Position numbers and translations under genes: made by a program. A stretch of 64,000 bases of DNA from an uncultured Chloroflexia bacterium (GTDB lineage: Bacteria; Chloroflexota; Limnocylindria; Limnocylindrales; CSP1-4), in assembly GCA_963720755.1 (NCBI GenBank), contig CAVRGP010000015.1, forward strand, positions 32,001 through 96,000, written 5' to 3'. Positions 9,529 through 21,180 of the stretch are shown here, one piece after another (positions within the stretch are counted from its first letter, which is position 1; every line of letters begins with the position of its first letter). A model generated the notes under the pieces. The model saw nothing but the letters and a program-made list of their open reading frames with translations. It did not search any database and was not told where the DNA came from.

Positions 9529-11660
9529 TGCGCCGCCTGTCCGGTGCGGACCACGGCCACGAGCCAGTCGCGTCCCCCGGCGACGGCCAACGCCGCGCCG
9601 ACGAGCATGAGTGCCGGGGTGAACACCAGTCCCAGGGCCACGACGGCCACCCCCAGCCCGATGACCAGCGGAGCACCGGATGGGCCCGGCAAGCGACCGT
9701 TCGGATCGCCGAACGGCCCTTCGACCTGTGGGACGACGGCGGGGTCGGTCGCCCGGTCCGCGTTGTCCGCGTCTCCTGCTCTGGGTAGCGCCCGGATGAG
9801 ATAGACCGCGAGGCCGCCTACCGCGATGGCGAAGGCGACGAGCAGTGCGGATCCCGCGACTTCATAGGTGAGCAGCCAGTACGCGATCCCGATCACGGCC
9901 GCGAACGCGAAGCTGCGCAGGAAGAACCCCACCTCCTCGCCGTATCTCGACGGCGGCAGGCCACGATGGGTCGCCGATCGAACGGACGGCTGGGGCGTCG
10001 ACGGATCGGCGACCTGGCCGCCGCCCTCGCGGGCGTCGTAGACGGGGCGTTCCGAGCGGATCGGCGGCAGCGACCGGAAGTTGTGCTCGGGTGGCGGCGA
10101 GCTCGTGGCCCATTCCAGCGAGTTGGCCCGCCAGGGGTCCGCGGGAGCATCGGCTGGCTTGCGCAGGGCGAGCACGACCGCGACCAGGAACGGCACGATC
10201 CCGACCGCCAGCAGAAAAGCACCCACGGTCGACACGACGTTGAGCACCTGCCACCCGGTGGCCGCGCCGTAATCGGCGATCCGCCGCGGCATCCCGTCCA
10301 GGCCGAGCTGGTACTGCGGCAGGAAGGTGAGGCTGAAGCCGACGACCCAGATCCAGAAGTGGAGCTTGCCCAGCCGCTCGGACAGAAGCCGCCCGGTCAT
10401 CTTCGGGAACCAGAAATACAGGCCGGCGAAGAGCGCGAACAGCGTCCCGCCGATGAGTACGTTGTGCAGATGGGCGACGACGAAGTACGTATCCTGGAGG
10501 TCGAAGTCGACCGGGGCCGACGCGACGATGACACCGGTCACCCCCCCGATGACGAACAGGTACAGGAACCCCATCGACCAGAGCATCGGGGTCGGGAACC
10601 GCAGATCGCCACCCCACATCGTGGCGATCCAGTTGAAGAACTTGATCCCGGTCGGGACCGCGATCGCGAACGACATCAGGCTGAAGAACGGCAGGGACAC
10701 CGCGCCGGTCGTGAACATGTGGTGGGCCCACACGCTGATCGACAGCCCGGCGATCAGGACCGTCGCCAGGACGAACGCGCTGTACCCGAATAGCGGCTTG
10801 CGCGAGAAGACCGGGATGATCTCGGTGATGATCCCGAAGAAGGGCAGGATGAGGATGTAGACCTCGGGATGGCCGAAGAACCAGAACAGGTGTTGCCAGA
10901 GGATCGCGTCGCCACCCTGGCCCGGATCGAAGAATGCCCCGCCCAGGCTGCGGTCGATGAACAGCAGCGCGAGTGCGGCCGTGAACGGCGGGAACGCCAG
11001 CAGGATCAAGGCTGCAGTGACCAGGATGTTCCAGGTGAAGATGGGCATCCTGAGCATGCCCATGCCCGGTGCCCGTCGCGTGTAGATCGTCACGATGAAG
11101 TTGATCGCGCCGAGGATGCTGGCGATCCCGGTCACGATCAGGCCGACGATCCAGAGGTCCTGTCCGACGCTCGGGCTGTACGTGGGACCGCTCAGCGGGA
11201 CGTACCCGGTCCAGCCCGATGCTGCGGCGCCGCCGATGGTGAAGAACCCGAGCGGGATCAGCAGCCCGCCAAAGAGGAACATCCAGAAGCTCAACGCGTT
11301 GAGCCGGGGGAATGCCATGTCTGGGGCGCCGATCTGGAGCGGCGTGAAGTAGTTCGCCAGCCCTAGCGCGACCGGCGTCCCGAAGAGCAGCATCATCAGG
11401 GTGCCGTGGATCGTGAACAGTTGGTCGTACATCGCCTGATCGACGACCTGCACCCCTGGGGCCGCCAATTCCGCGCGCATGACCATCGCCATGAGCCCGG
11501 CCAGGAAGAAGAACCCGAAGGCGGCGACGATGTACAGGATCCCGATCCGCTTGTGGTCGGTCGTGGTCAACCACTCCATCAGGCCGGCACCGAGCCGTCC
11601 GCGTGGTTCGTCAGCGGGCCGCCAGGCCGGGCGAGGTACGGTCAGGTCCGCGGTCGTCAC
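9525..11660 (-). CDS. ctaD: Cytochrome c oxidase subunit I (A1 type) with a C-terminal CtaF/subunit-IV-like extension
   Basis: [38 protein letters not shown] and VAHLH motifs. Start GTG 11660 overlaps the ctaC stop. About 140 extra residues with 4 hydrophobic segments. Confidence 0.93.
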   Translation of the reverse strand: MTTADLTVPRPAWRPADEPRGRLGAGLMEWLTTTDHKRIGILYIVAAFGFFFLAGLMAMVMRAELAAPGVQVVDQAMYDQLFTIHGTLMMLLFGTPVALGLANYFTPLQIGAPDMAFPRLNALSFWMFLFGGLLIPLGFFTIGGAAASGWTGYVPLSGPTYSPSVGQDLWIVGLIVTGIASILGAINFIVTIYTRRAPGMGMLRMPIFTWNILVTAALILLAFPPFTAALALLFIDRSLGGAFFDPGQGGDAILWQHLFWFFGHPEVYILILPFFGIITEIIPVFSRKPLFGYSAFVLATVLIAGLSISVWAHHMFTTGAVSLPFFSLMSFAIAVPTGIKFFNWIATMWGGDLRFPTPMLWSMGFLYLFVIGGVTGVIVASAPVDFDLQDTYFVVAHLHNVLIGGTLFALFAGLYFWFPKMTGRLLSERLGKLHFWIWVVGFSLTFLPQYQLGLDGMPRRIADYGAATGWQVLNVVSTVGAFLLAVGIVPFLVAVVLALRKPADAPADPWRANSLEWATSSPPPEHNFRSLPPIRSERPVYDAREGGGQVADPSTPQPSVRSATHRGLPPSRYGEEVGFFLRSFAFAAVIGIAYWLLTYEVAGSALLVAFAIAVGGLAVYLIRALPRAGDADNADRATDPAVVPQVEGPFGDPNGRLPGPSGAPLVIGLGVAVVALGLVFTPALMLVGAALAVAGGRDWLVAVVRTGQAAQ

Positions 11661-12394
11661 GGTGTCACCGGACTCGACGACGGTGGACTCGAGGCGCGCC
11701 AGCCACCCGCCATCCAGGCATCGAAGGTGGCGCGGTCCACGGCGCGCACCGTGAACGTCATGACGCTGTGCCCGATCCCGCAGAACTCCGCGCACTGGCC
11801 CGGGTAGACGCCTGGCGACGTCGCCTTGAAGTCGAAACTTGTCTCGCGGCCCGGGATGGCATCGCGCTTGAACAGGAACGTCGGGACGTAGAACGAGTGG
11901 ACCACGTCGGCGGAAACGAGATCGACATGGATGGTCTCGCCCACCGGGACCACCATCTCGGGCGGCCGGTCGGCGGTCCCGGTGATCGTGACCGGGGTGT
12001 GTTCGTACTCGAACCGCCATTGCCAGGTGAAACCGGTGACCCGCACGGACACGGCTGGTTCGGCTGCCACGGTGTCGACCGCGATCTGGGTGCGCAGCGT
12101 CAGGATGAACAGGCCGACAAGCAGGATGGCGGGGGCGACCGTCCAGGCAACCTCGAGCGGGATGTTGTTGCGGGTCTGCCGGGGCCGATCCGACCGGTGC
12201 CGATAGCGAATGATCGACCAAGTCACGAGGACCCAGATCAGGACGGCGACGCCGATCCCGATGCCCAGGAAGAGCTGGTAGAGGTCACGAATCCTGGCGC
12301 CCTGCTCGGTCGCGGCCGTCGGTGCGCAGCCACCTGCGACGGCGACCAGCGCGGCCATCGCGACCAGCAGCCGCCCAGCCTCGGTTCGCTTCAC
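11657..12394 (-). CDS. ctaC: Cytochrome c oxidase subunit II
   Basis: Lipoprotein-like AGGC N-terminus, [13 protein letters not shown] and DVVHSF motifs; CuA motif [12 protein letters not shown]. Confidence 0.93.
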   Translation of the reverse strand: MKRTEAGRLLVAMAALVAVAGGCAPTAATEQGARIRDLYQLFLGIGIGVAVLIWVLVTWSIIRYRHRSDRPRQTRNNIPLEVAWTVAPAILLVGLFILTLRTQIAVDTVAAEPAVSVRVTGFTWQWRFEYEHTPVTITGTADRPPEMVVPVGETIHVDLVSADVVHSFYVPTFLFKRDAIPGRETSFDFKATSPGVYPGQCAEFCGIGHSVMTFTVRAVDRATFDAWMAGGWRASSPPSSSPVTP

Positions 12395-13803
12395 GAGGGC
12401 TCGACCTCCTCGAAGCCCCCGTCGGCGTTCCGCTGGACCGTCACGCCTCGGTCGCTCGGATCATCTTCGTCGGGTCGGTCCCGCCTTCGCCGGTCGACGA
12501 GCAGCCGGTAGCTGACGATCCAGGCGACGATCGGGCTGACGACCAGCAGGATCCGGAACGCGTTGGTCAGGCCCTCGAGACTCAGGTCGAACGTGGCCGC
12601 CAGGACGTCGTTGCCGCCGGCCAGGGTCAGGACGGTCATGATCGTCAACATCGCCACACCGGTCGCCGAGCGTTTCGGTGCATCCCACGGCATGTCGAGG
12701 AGATGGTGTTCCCGACGATCGCCGGTCCGCCACGCCTCGAGGAACGGCCAGAGCGCGACCGCCGTGAACAACGCGCCCGGGACCACGACCGCGGCCCAGA
12801 AGACGGATGGGATGGTCACCCCCAGGATGACCGGCTCGAAGGCGGGTCCGAGGCGGACTGCACCCTCGAGCCAGCCGATGTACCAGTCTGGTTGCGCGGG
12901 CGAACTCGCCTGCCACGCCTCGAACGGCCCGTACAGCCAGATCGGATTGATCTCGACCAATCCGGCGATGAGGGTCACGATCGCCGCTGTGAGGAGGAAC
13001 AGGCCGGTCGAGCGAAAGGCCTGGTTCGGCCAGAAGCGCTGGCCGATGACATTGCGCTCGGTGGCGCCGGGGCGCCGGAACTGGGTATGTCGCTGCACGA
13101 AGATGAGGATCAGGTGGGCGGTGATCCCGCCGATGAAGAGACCCGGCAGGAGCATGACGTGGAGCACGAACAGTCGGCTGGTGATCGCGACTGTCGGAAA
13201 CTCCCCGCCGAAGCCGAGATAGGCCAGCGCCGGCCCGACGAACGGCACGCTGAGGAGGACCGAATAGGCGATCCGCAAGCCGGTGCCGGACAAGAGGTCG
13301 TCGGGCAGTGAGTAGCCGGTGAACCCCTCAGCCAGGGCGAAGATGAGGAGGCTGAACCCGATCAGCCAGTTGATCTCTCTCGGCCGACGGAATGCGCCGG
13401 TGAAGAAGACCCGCGACAAGTGGACGACGATGGCGCCGACGAACAGCAACGCGGTCCAGTGGTGGATCTGGCGCATCAACAACCCGGCACGCACCTCGAG
13501 ACTCAGCCGCATCACCGAATCGAAGGCGCTTGACACGGAACTACCCTGCAACGGGGGGTACGGCCCGTCGTACGTCACGGGCGTGGCGCTGGGGACGTAG
13601 AAGAACGTCAAGAAGACGCCCGTCGCGAGGAGGATGATGAAGCAGAAGAGGGCCAACTCGCCGAGCAGGAACGACCAGTGATCGGGGAAGACCTTGGCCA
13701 GCACGGTCCGGGTGATCGACTCGAAGCCTGTCCGCTCATCGAGCCAGGTGGCGATTCGCTCGAGTTCGGTCGGTCGGCGCCGATCCTGCTGCCGCTCGCT
13801 CAC
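12391..13803 (-). CDS. qcrB: Cytochrome bc complex cytochrome b subunit
   Basis: KVFPDHWSF, RQIHHW, FTGAFRRPRE, GYSLPDDLLSG and QPDWY motifs (actinobacterial QcrB type). Confidence 0.95.
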   Translation of the reverse strand: MSERQQDRRRPTELERIATWLDERTGFESITRTVLAKVFPDHWSFLLGELALFCFIILLATGVFLTFFYVPSATPVTYDGPYPPLQGSSVSSAFDSVMRLSLEVRAGLLMRQIHHWTALLFVGAIVVHLSRVFFTGAFRRPREINWLIGFSLLIFALAEGFTGYSLPDDLLSGTGLRIAYSVLLSVPFVGPALAYLGFGGEFPTVAITSRLFVLHVMLLPGLFIGGITAHLILIFVQRHTQFRRPGATERNVIGQRFWPNQAFRSTGLFLLTAAIVTLIAGLVEINPIWLYGPFEAWQASSPAQPDWYIGWLEGAVRLGPAFEPVILGVTIPSVFWAAVVVPGALFTAVALWPFLEAWRTGDRREHHLLDMPWDAPKRSATGVAMLTIMTVLTLAGGNDVLAATFDLSLEGLTNAFRILLVVSPIVAWIVSYRLLVDRRRRDRPDEDDPSDRGVTVQRNADGGFEEVEPS

Positions 13804-14810
13804 TGCCTGACCTCGCCACGCCCGATGTCCCAGAACGATGGGCCGACCGGGCCGGTGAAGTCCCCGAGGGCCTCGAACCCGTCGTCGGCCGTCAAGGCGA
13901 TCGGCAGTTGTGGCAGCGGCCGGACGGCCGGTCCGAAGGTCGGTACGGCGCCGTCGATCACGTCGAAGGTCGACTGATGGCAGGGGCAGATGAGCTGGTG
14001 CTCGCTCGCTCGATAGAGCCCGACCGGGCAGCCGGCGTGCGTGCAGATCTTGGAGTAGGCGATGAACCCGGGCGGTGTCGGGGCCAGCTTGGACGTCGAT
14101 GCCGCAAGGCTTCCGTTCGGGACCCTGATGAGGATGACCTGGCTGTCGGCCACGCCGACCGCGCCCTCGGGAAAGGCGGTCACGATGGTGTCCACGGCGA
14201 AGCTATCGGACTGGATCCGCATCCCGGTCTCATCGACGAGGCGAAGTCCGCGCCGCCACGACGTTCGCCGCAGCGTGTCGCCGGGCGAGGGTCCGAGCGA
14301 CAGCACGGGCAGGATGAGCGCCGCACCGAGACCGGCGAGACCGAAGGCCAGTGACCGGAGGAGCATCGTTCGGCGCGTCATCGGCGGAGCGAGGTCGCCC
14401 GGAGGGGACGACAGGTCTTCGCGCTCCTCGATCAGTTCGGTCGTCGGCATCAGGTCCCGCGACCAGAGGGCGATGCCGCCGCCCAGACCACCGAGACAGA
14501 CGGCCAGCAGCGCACCTTCGAGTTGGGTGTGGCCGCCGGCGACATAAACGCCGAAGAGGGCGATCCCGGCAACGCCGGCGACGATGAAGCCTGCCGCCGC
14601 CAGACGTGTCGTTCGGCGTTCGTGCGTCGAATCTGCCGATTCGCCTTGGCCCGTGACGGTGGTCGACGGTCGCGCCGGCTCCGCGGCCGCATGGGCTCCG
14701 GTGCGCCGCCCGATGAGCCGGCCACCGACCGACAGGGCGAGGGTGGTGAGCAGGCCGACGAGGCGAGCCAGCCAGCCGGAACCAGGACCGCCGTGCTCCG
14801 GCTCGATCAT
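13800..14810 (-). CDS. qcrA: Cytochrome bc complex Rieske Fe-S subunit
   Basis: CTHAGC and CPCHQS Rieske boxes, GPAVRPLPQLP, and an internal twin-arginine-like MTRRTML segment after extra TM helices. Confidence 0.93.
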   Translation of the reverse strand: MIEPEHGGPGSGWLARLVGLLTTLALSVGGRLIGRRTGAHAAAEPARPSTTVTGQGESADSTHERRTTRLAAAGFIVAGVAGIALFGVYVAGGHTQLEGALLAVCLGGLGGGIALWSRDLMPTTELIEEREDLSSPPGDLAPPMTRRTMLLRSLAFGLAGLGAALILPVLSLGPSPGDTLRRTSWRRGLRLVDETGMRIQSDSFAVDTIVTAFPEGAVGVADSQVILIRVPNGSLAASTSKLAPTPPGFIAYSKICTHAGCPVGLYRASEHQLICPCHQSTFDVIDGAVPTFGPAVRPLPQLPIALTADDGFEALGDFTGPVGPSFWDIGRGEVRQ

Positions 14811-15622
14811 CGTTCGATCCGTCCGTTCGGATCGGACGGTCGATCATCCTCCACCTCGGGCTCGCGCTTGTCCCGACCCGGCGCGATCCAGCGTGCCACG
14901 AGGATGAGCGCGCCCAGACCGATCACGACCGCGATGAACCCTTCCGTGACCGGCCCGATCAGCGGCGGCTGGATCCCGCCCGGGGATGGCGCCCTCTGTA
15001 GGTACTCGATGTATGAGGCGATCGCGGCCGCTGCGTCGTCGTCGATCGCACCTTTCGGGAAGACGGGCATCACGTTCGGGCCGGTGCGCATCGCCTCGAC
15101 GACGATCCGTGGGTCGGCCTGGCCGAGCGAGGGGGCGATCGCTCCACCGCCGATCGCCACTCCTGCCCCGGAGGGCCCGTGGCACTGCGCGCAATTCGCC
15201 TCATACAGCGCCCTTCCCGCCGGGATGTCTGCAGCGGAGGTGACGACGTCGGGCACCGCAGGCCCGACCCCGAGGCTCCCGACGTAGGCAACGAGGGAGC
15301 GGATCTGTTCGTCTGTGAAGGCTGGCTCACGTCGCTGCGTGGGATCCGCGGGGGGACTGAACGGCATCCGGCCCGTCCGGAGCATGAAATCCGTAGCCGC
15401 GGCCCCGCTATCGATCAGCGCGGGTCCTTGCGTTGTGCCGGCACCCCCCGGCCCATGGCACGCCGCGCAACTCTGCAGGTAGAGGTTCCGCCCGGCGTCG
15501 CTCTGAACGACCTGGTCGGAGCCAGCAGCACCCGGGAGGGTGCCAGGGGCCAGGAATAGCAAGTAGGCGAGGCCGACGACGAGGGCGACGCCGATCGCGC
15601 CGTACGAACGAATCAGATCCAT
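14807..15622 (-). CDS. qcrC: Cytochrome bc complex diheme cytochrome c subunit
   Basis: Two CxxCH motifs (CAACHG, CAQCHG), TGRMP and GPVTEG, plus a C-terminal TM helix. Confidence 0.93.
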   Translation of the reverse strand: MDLIRSYGAIGVALVVGLAYLLFLAPGTLPGAAGSDQVVQSDAGRNLYLQSCAACHGPGGAGTTQGPALIDSGAAATDFMLRTGRMPFSPPADPTQRREPAFTDEQIRSLVAYVGSLGVGPAVPDVVTSAADIPAGRALYEANCAQCHGPSGAGVAIGGGAIAPSLGQADPRIVVEAMRTGPNVMPVFPKGAIDDDAAAAIASYIEYLQRAPSPGGIQPPLIGPVTEGFIAVVIGLGALILVARWIAPGRDKREPEVEDDRPSDPNGRIER

Positions 15623-15694
15623 TGATTACCACGTGACTCGGGCCGCTACCCGGCAGTCCTCGGGGCTCTATCGTACAAGCCAGGGAGGCGCCGG

Positions 15695-16045
15695 ATCTTC
15701 GATCTGCATTTCATCTTCGCGACAATTACCGCCGCCGCGATCCTCGCCACCGGCTTGATCGCGGTCGCTGGATTCGTGTTCGATGTCGGCGTCCAACCAT
15801 GGCTGGACCGTTCGATCCTCCTCGATCTGCCGCTGGCCGCCCTCGCCGCTCTCTCCGGCGTCGCGGCGTTCATCCACGCCGGGCCGACAGAATCGCTCCA
15901 CCTGCTCTATGGCGCACTGCTGTTGATCGTGATCGCCGGCGGGCGCTACCTCGGCCGACGACCGGGCCGGTCGCAGGCCGGCTGGGTCGCTGCATCGTCG
16001 GTCGTCGCTCTGGGTGTCATCGTCCGCCTGGCCATGACCGGCTGA
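15695..16045 (+). CDS. Small 4-TM membrane protein; start uncertain (ATC 15695, CTG 15704 or TTG 15755)
   Basis: Frame is open from 15626. GGAGG at 15684-15688 lies 6 nt before an in-frame ATC. Product (M)FDLHFIFATITAAAILATG...LHLLYG...RLAMTG. Confidence 0.65.
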   Translation: MFDLHFIFATITAAAILATGLIAVAGFVFDVGVQPWLDRSILLDLPLAALAALSGVAAFIHAGPTESLHLLYGALLLIVIAGGRYLGRRPGRSQAGWVAASSVVALGVIVRLAMTG

Positions 16046-16057
16046 CGATGCATCAGC

Positions 16058-16261
16058 CTATCGATCGAGGACCGTGTCCGCCTTGTCGTCGATCTTCTCC
16101 TTTTCCGCGGCGGTGAGGTTGCCCGCCTTCCTCTGTTGCGAGGCACGCGCCTTGGCGTTGCGGGCGTGCGACTTGTCAGGCATCGGGTACTTCCGCTGTT
16201 CCGGCAGTCCGAAATCGGATTTCGGCTCGGCGTCCCGCTTCTTCGTGCTCAGTTCCGCCAT
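16058..16261 (-). CDS. Small basic protein (DUF6582-like)
   Basis: MAELSTKKRD..KSDFGLPEQRKYPMPDKSHARNAKARA; SD AGGAGGA upstream. Confidence 0.8.
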   Translation of the reverse strand: MAELSTKKRDAEPKSDFGLPEQRKYPMPDKSHARNAKARASQQRKAGNLTAAEKEKIDDKADTVLDR

Positions 16262-16284
16262 CGGTCTGTCCTCCTACTCGCCGC

Positions 16285-16503
16285 CTAGAGGTCGCCGCCG
16301 GGCGCATGCTCAGTCGATGGCGACCCACCTTTTTCCTCGGGGGCGACGGTCGGAGCGTCGTCGGGCTCGATCCCGGGCTTCAGATCCGAATCGTCGTCGC
16401 CCGTCGGTCGACCGTCCCGACGTTCGGCGTCGGTCGATCGGATCTCGTCGGGATGGTCCAACTGGTCGCGATGGTCCAGCGAGGTCGTCGTTCGCTCGGT
16501 CAT
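16285..16503 (-). CDS. Small acidic, hydrophilic hypothetical protein
   Basis: Strong SD GGAGGAG before ATG 16503; 72 aa, D/E/P-rich. Confidence 0.65.
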   Translation of the reverse strand: MTERTTTSLDHRDQLDHPDEIRSTDAERRDGRPTGDDDSDLKPGIEPDDAPTVAPEEKGGSPSTEHAPGGDL

Positions 16504-16709
16504 ATCTCCTCCTGCGTCGTGGTTGGAATCGAGCATCTGACAACCCCGGTTACACCCGTGCCAGACGCATGGGTGTGGTCGTGTCGGCGGTATAACCATT
16601 TGCGCCTCGTCTGATACGCGCCAGCAATCCCAGTCCGGGTGAAATTGGCAGATGCGGATCGCCAGCTACAACGACGATGCTTCCCAGGATGGCGAGAGGA
16701 GCGCGATCA

Positions 16710-17222
16710 GTGAGTGACGGGCGGCCCGGCGAGACCAGCAAGGAGCGGGTCGACCGTGAGCTGATCGAGTTGCTCAACGAACTCCGAGTGGCCCTGCCGG
16801 GCATGCAGGTCCTGTTCGCATTCCTCCTCATCCTGCCGTTCCAGGCCGGGTTCGCCGAGGTTTCAGACCTGGAGCGCAGCCTGTACTTCGTGGCCTTTCT
16901 CGCGACGGCTGTCGGTTCCATCGTGCTGATCGCACCCACGACTTACCATCGGGTCCGCTTCCGCGCCCCGGACAAGGAACAGATGCTCCGGACCTTCAAC
17001 CAACTACTGCTGGTCGGCACGGTATCCCTCGGATTGGCGATCACCGCAGTCACGTTCCTCGTCACCGACGTCGTCTTCGGGCGCCTCGTCGGGCTCGTCG
17101 CAGCGTCGATCGCCGCCGGCCTGATCGTGATCCTGTGGTTCACGCTGCCGGTCCGCCGCAATCTGCGCGAGGTAGGTCGCGCTCTTGGCCCGCCCCCCGA
17201 GGAACGAGGGTCGGATCACTAG
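16710..17222 (+). CDS. DUF6328 family membrane protein
   Basis: ER.DRELIELLNELRVALPGMQVLFAFLLILPF and APTTYHR motifs; SD GAGGAG before GTG 16710. Confidence 0.85.
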   Translation: MSDGRPGETSKERVDRELIELLNELRVALPGMQVLFAFLLILPFQAGFAEVSDLERSLYFVAFLATAVGSIVLIAPTTYHRVRFRAPDKEQMLRTFNQLLLVGTVSLGLAITAVTFLVTDVVFGRLVGLVAASIAAGLIVILWFTLPVRRNLREVGRALGPPPEERGSDH

Positions 17223-17258
17223 GTTGCTGGGCGGATGCCCCTCGGTCAATCGGGAGCT

Positions 17259-17432
17259 TCACGAACGCTTGACCTTCTGTGCGTTGGTCTCGCCCTTTTC
17301 GGATCGTTCCTTGTTGACGGTCCGGGCTGCCCGTTCCTCAGCTTCATCCTCGCTGACTCCGCGCTCCTCGTAGGAGTCCTTGATGTGTTCGTATTGTCGC
17401 TCGCGTCTATCGCTCCAGGCCTTCTTTGGCAT
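17259..17432 (-). CDS. Small charged protein ('RERQYEHIKDS' family, often annotated as plasmid-stabilization or ChaB-like)
   Basis: MPKKAWSDRRERQYEHIKDSYEERG..AEERAARTVNKER; SD GGAGGA. Confidence 0.8.
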   Translation of the reverse strand: MPKKAWSDRRERQYEHIKDSYEERGVSEDEAEERAARTVNKERSEKGETNAQKVKRS

Positions 17433-17638
17433 GTCCGGGTCCTCCGTCATGGCTGTGGGCAAATAGCAGAACGCGTCCGAAGGTACGCGGGCGATCTGCA
17501 TCCGCCGGGGCACGCTTCATTGTCGTGACAACGGCGCAGCGGAAGCCCATGGGCTGGTGTACTGTCAGCGTGACCCACCACCGCGCCCCACGACTGCGCA
17601 CCTCGCCGTCACGCGGTGTTGGCGATCGGGGCCGCTTC

Positions 17639-17944
17639 ATGCCATACCGCGTCATCGCCCAGGAGGCGCTCGCTCGCTGGCGGGATGCCGAGCGAAGGAG
17701 AGAGCGTTCTGAGCCAGGCAGCGCGAATCACTTGGCTGCGCAGCAGGACGCCGAACAAGCTAGGCGCGACTATCAGGACGCCATCGAGGCAGCGATGCGC
17801 GAGCACCTGCCCGTGCCCATCGCCTTCGACGAGGCCGTAGGTTCTGAGCCGAAAACGGACATGTCAGCCAACGGTGACGACGGTCAGGACTTCGGCGCCA
17901 CCGTCTCGCCCGACACGGGATCGCCCATCGTGAACCCGGAGTAG
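17639..17944 (+). CDS. Hypothetical helical protein
   Basis: MPYRVIAQEALARWRDAER...; helical-hairpin-like N-half and acidic tail; no clear SD. Confidence 0.5.
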   Translation: MPYRVIAQEALARWRDAERRRERSEPGSANHLAAQQDAEQARRDYQDAIEAAMREHLPVPIAFDEAVGSEPKTDMSANGDDGQDFGATVSPDTGSPIVNPE

Positions 17945-18074
17945 CCGTCCTCGCCGTTCGCGCCGACGATGATCAAGGCTGAACCCGGCCCGTAGCGCTG
18001 CATGGATGGAGCGTACAGCAGCGCAACCTTCTCGATACCGTCGGATCCGGCCTAGGTGCGATACCCTTCCGGCC

Positions 18075-18443
18075 ATGCCGTTCCCAGCCCCCGAACTCAC
18101 CCTGCTTGACGAGACCGCCGAGATCGAGATCGAGACCGAAGCGCCCGCCGGTGGCACCCACCGAACGATCATCTGGGTCGTGGTCGACGGTCTCGATGCC
18201 TTCGTCCGCTCGGTCAACGGTTCGACCGCCCGCTGGTACCGCGAGGCGCGAGCGCACCCGGCGGTGACGATCCATGTCGGCGGCCGGGCGCTGGCGGCGA
18301 TCGCGGAACCTGCCACGGATCCCGATTCGGTCCGCCGCACGAGCGACGCCCTGGTCCGCAAGTACGCGGGCGAGTCGGTGGACCTCAACTCCATGCTCGT
18401 TCCCGGGATCCTCGACACCACCCTCCGACTCGTACCGGGCTGA
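18075..18443 (+). CDS. DUF2255 family (split-barrel) protein
   Basis: HRTIIWVVVDG...VRSVNG..ARWYR and LVRKY motifs; TACCCT 7 nt before ATG (leaderless). Confidence 0.8.
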   Translation: MPFPAPELTLLDETAEIEIETEAPAGGTHRTIIWVVVDGLDAFVRSVNGSTARWYREARAHPAVTIHVGGRALAAIAEPATDPDSVRRTSDALVRKYAGESVDLNSMLVPGILDTTLRLVPG

Positions 18444-18448
18444 CCGAC

Positions 18449-21121
<2,673 letters not shown>

Positions 21122-21139
<18 letters not shown>

Positions 21140-21161
21140 CGGACCCGCTGGCGCTCTGACG
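21122..21161 (+). repeat. 20-bp tandem duplication of the aceE 3' end including the stop codon
   Basis: gacccgctcgcgctctgacg followed directly by gacccgctggcgctctgacg (1 mismatch). Confidence 0.8.
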
Positions 21162-21180
21162 GCCGCGCTACCGCCGCACG

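Noticed and set aside
9862-11574. 570-aa ORF overlapping ctaD, and similar long alternative-frame ORFs (e.g. 18989-20644, 54796-56601)
   Set aside because: Alternative or antisense frames of well-supported genes; low-complexity translations.
11661-12221. N-terminal extension of the 898-aa ctaD ORF, and similar extensions on poxB, YceI, UvrD2, the Mo-enzyme and the ABC ATPase
   Set aside because: These overlap upstream genes in another frame; coupled starts, SDs or -10 boxes define the shorter starts.
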